NCBI GenBank assembly: GCA_963706955.1
Contig: CAVPOC010000004.1
Coordinates: 110,277-174,276 of the forward strand
DNA: 64,000 nt
Direction of reading: 5' to 3'
DNA from: an uncultured Verrucomicrobiae bacterium
GTDB lineage: Bacteria > Verrucomicrobiota > Verrucomicrobiia > Chthoniobacterales > Terrimicrobiaceae
Of the stretch, positions 63,338 to 64,000 are shown piece after piece. Below the pieces are notes generated by a model that saw only the letters and a program-made list of their open reading frames with translations, was not told where the DNA came from and did not search any database. Every line of letters begins with the position of its first letter. Positions within the stretch are counted from its first letter, which is position 1. The position numbers and the translations under genes were made by a program.

Positions 63338-64000
63338 TTACCGCGTCAATCCCGACCCGTAATCATCGTATCTCCGCCAAGGAGCAGGGCTCGAAATGGC
63401 GTTGTCTCGTCCCTGCAGCCAACCAAGGAAGCGTTGCAAGCCATCTGCAAAGCTCACCTTGGGATTGTATAAAAGGTCCAAATGCGCGCGTTCGATATTG
63501 GCAAAAGTCTGTGCGACATCGCCGCGCCGCGCCGATCTACGTGATATCGCCGCCTTCCGATGCAGAGCGATTTCGAGGGCGTCGATCATCTGCCGCAACA
63601 ACAGTGGTCTGCCATTCCCAAGATTGTAGATTGCAGAGTCTTGCAAGCCAACAGTCAGGGCGGCGATGATTCCATCGATTACATCATCGACATACGTGTA
63701 GTCCCGGCCGCTTTCACCATCCCCATACATCGAGATAGGTTCGTCTTTCATAATAAGCTCTGCAAACTTGCGAACCGGCTGGTCGGCCGCTGCCTTGGCC
63801 CATAAACGGTGAAAAGGCGCAAGGCGACAAATGTGATTCCGTAGAGATGAGAGTAGGTGTGGCCGATCAGTTCGGCGGAAAGTTTGCTCGCCGCATAGGG
63901 GCTGATCGGTAGGAGGTCTTGGAGCCACTCGGTCCAGGGGACCGCAGGGTGGTTTCCTTACACACTCGAGGAGGATGCAAATATGAATCGTGGAATGGAC
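63338..64000 (-). pseudogene. NAD-dependent epimerase (UDP-glucuronate 4-epimerase-like), 3' part, disrupted
   Basis: FIFASSSSV*G (TAA where Tyr is expected), [22 protein letters not shown], then frameshift to GDGESGRDYTYVDD, YNLGNG, GDVAQTFA. Confidence 0.85.

Overview
Bacterial chromosome segment, most consistent with Verrucomicrobia/Chthoniobacterales (inferred from RNase HIII, a DUF5069-like protein, a prepilin peptidase with an internal insertion, and an FN3/PA14 protein). 1-12.4 kb holds two minus-strand sugar loci: a rhamnose ABC transporter with rhaA (missed by the ORF track because it runs off the window), and a second ABC transporter with an FGGY kinase. 12.5-54.3 kb is core and stress genes: Mut7-C RNase, DoxX, a DUF3300 protein with 120-bp repeats, TrkA-type channel, HtrA, dps, GH29 fucosidase, rnhC/mutY/trpB, gmhA-pilD-msbA-like, STAS-PP2C-grpE-dnaJ-nnr, bcp, FUSC/HlyD, amidase-parA-pyrE and ymdB. 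54.5-64 kb is a decaying surface-polysaccharide locus with two near-identical inverted IS3 copies, an IS630 nested in one, and an IS66 remnant. Many housekeeping genes carry single-base frameshifts, most likely long-read consensus errors. No rRNA, tRNA or CRISPR array was recognised. I cannot demonstrate a wholly new system. The best leads are a duplicated 39-bp operator upstream of the rha operon, a partner-switching module coupled to grpE-dnaJ, an exported RS-like repeat protein, and a heptamer-repeat/four-helix-bundle remnant upstream of wzt.
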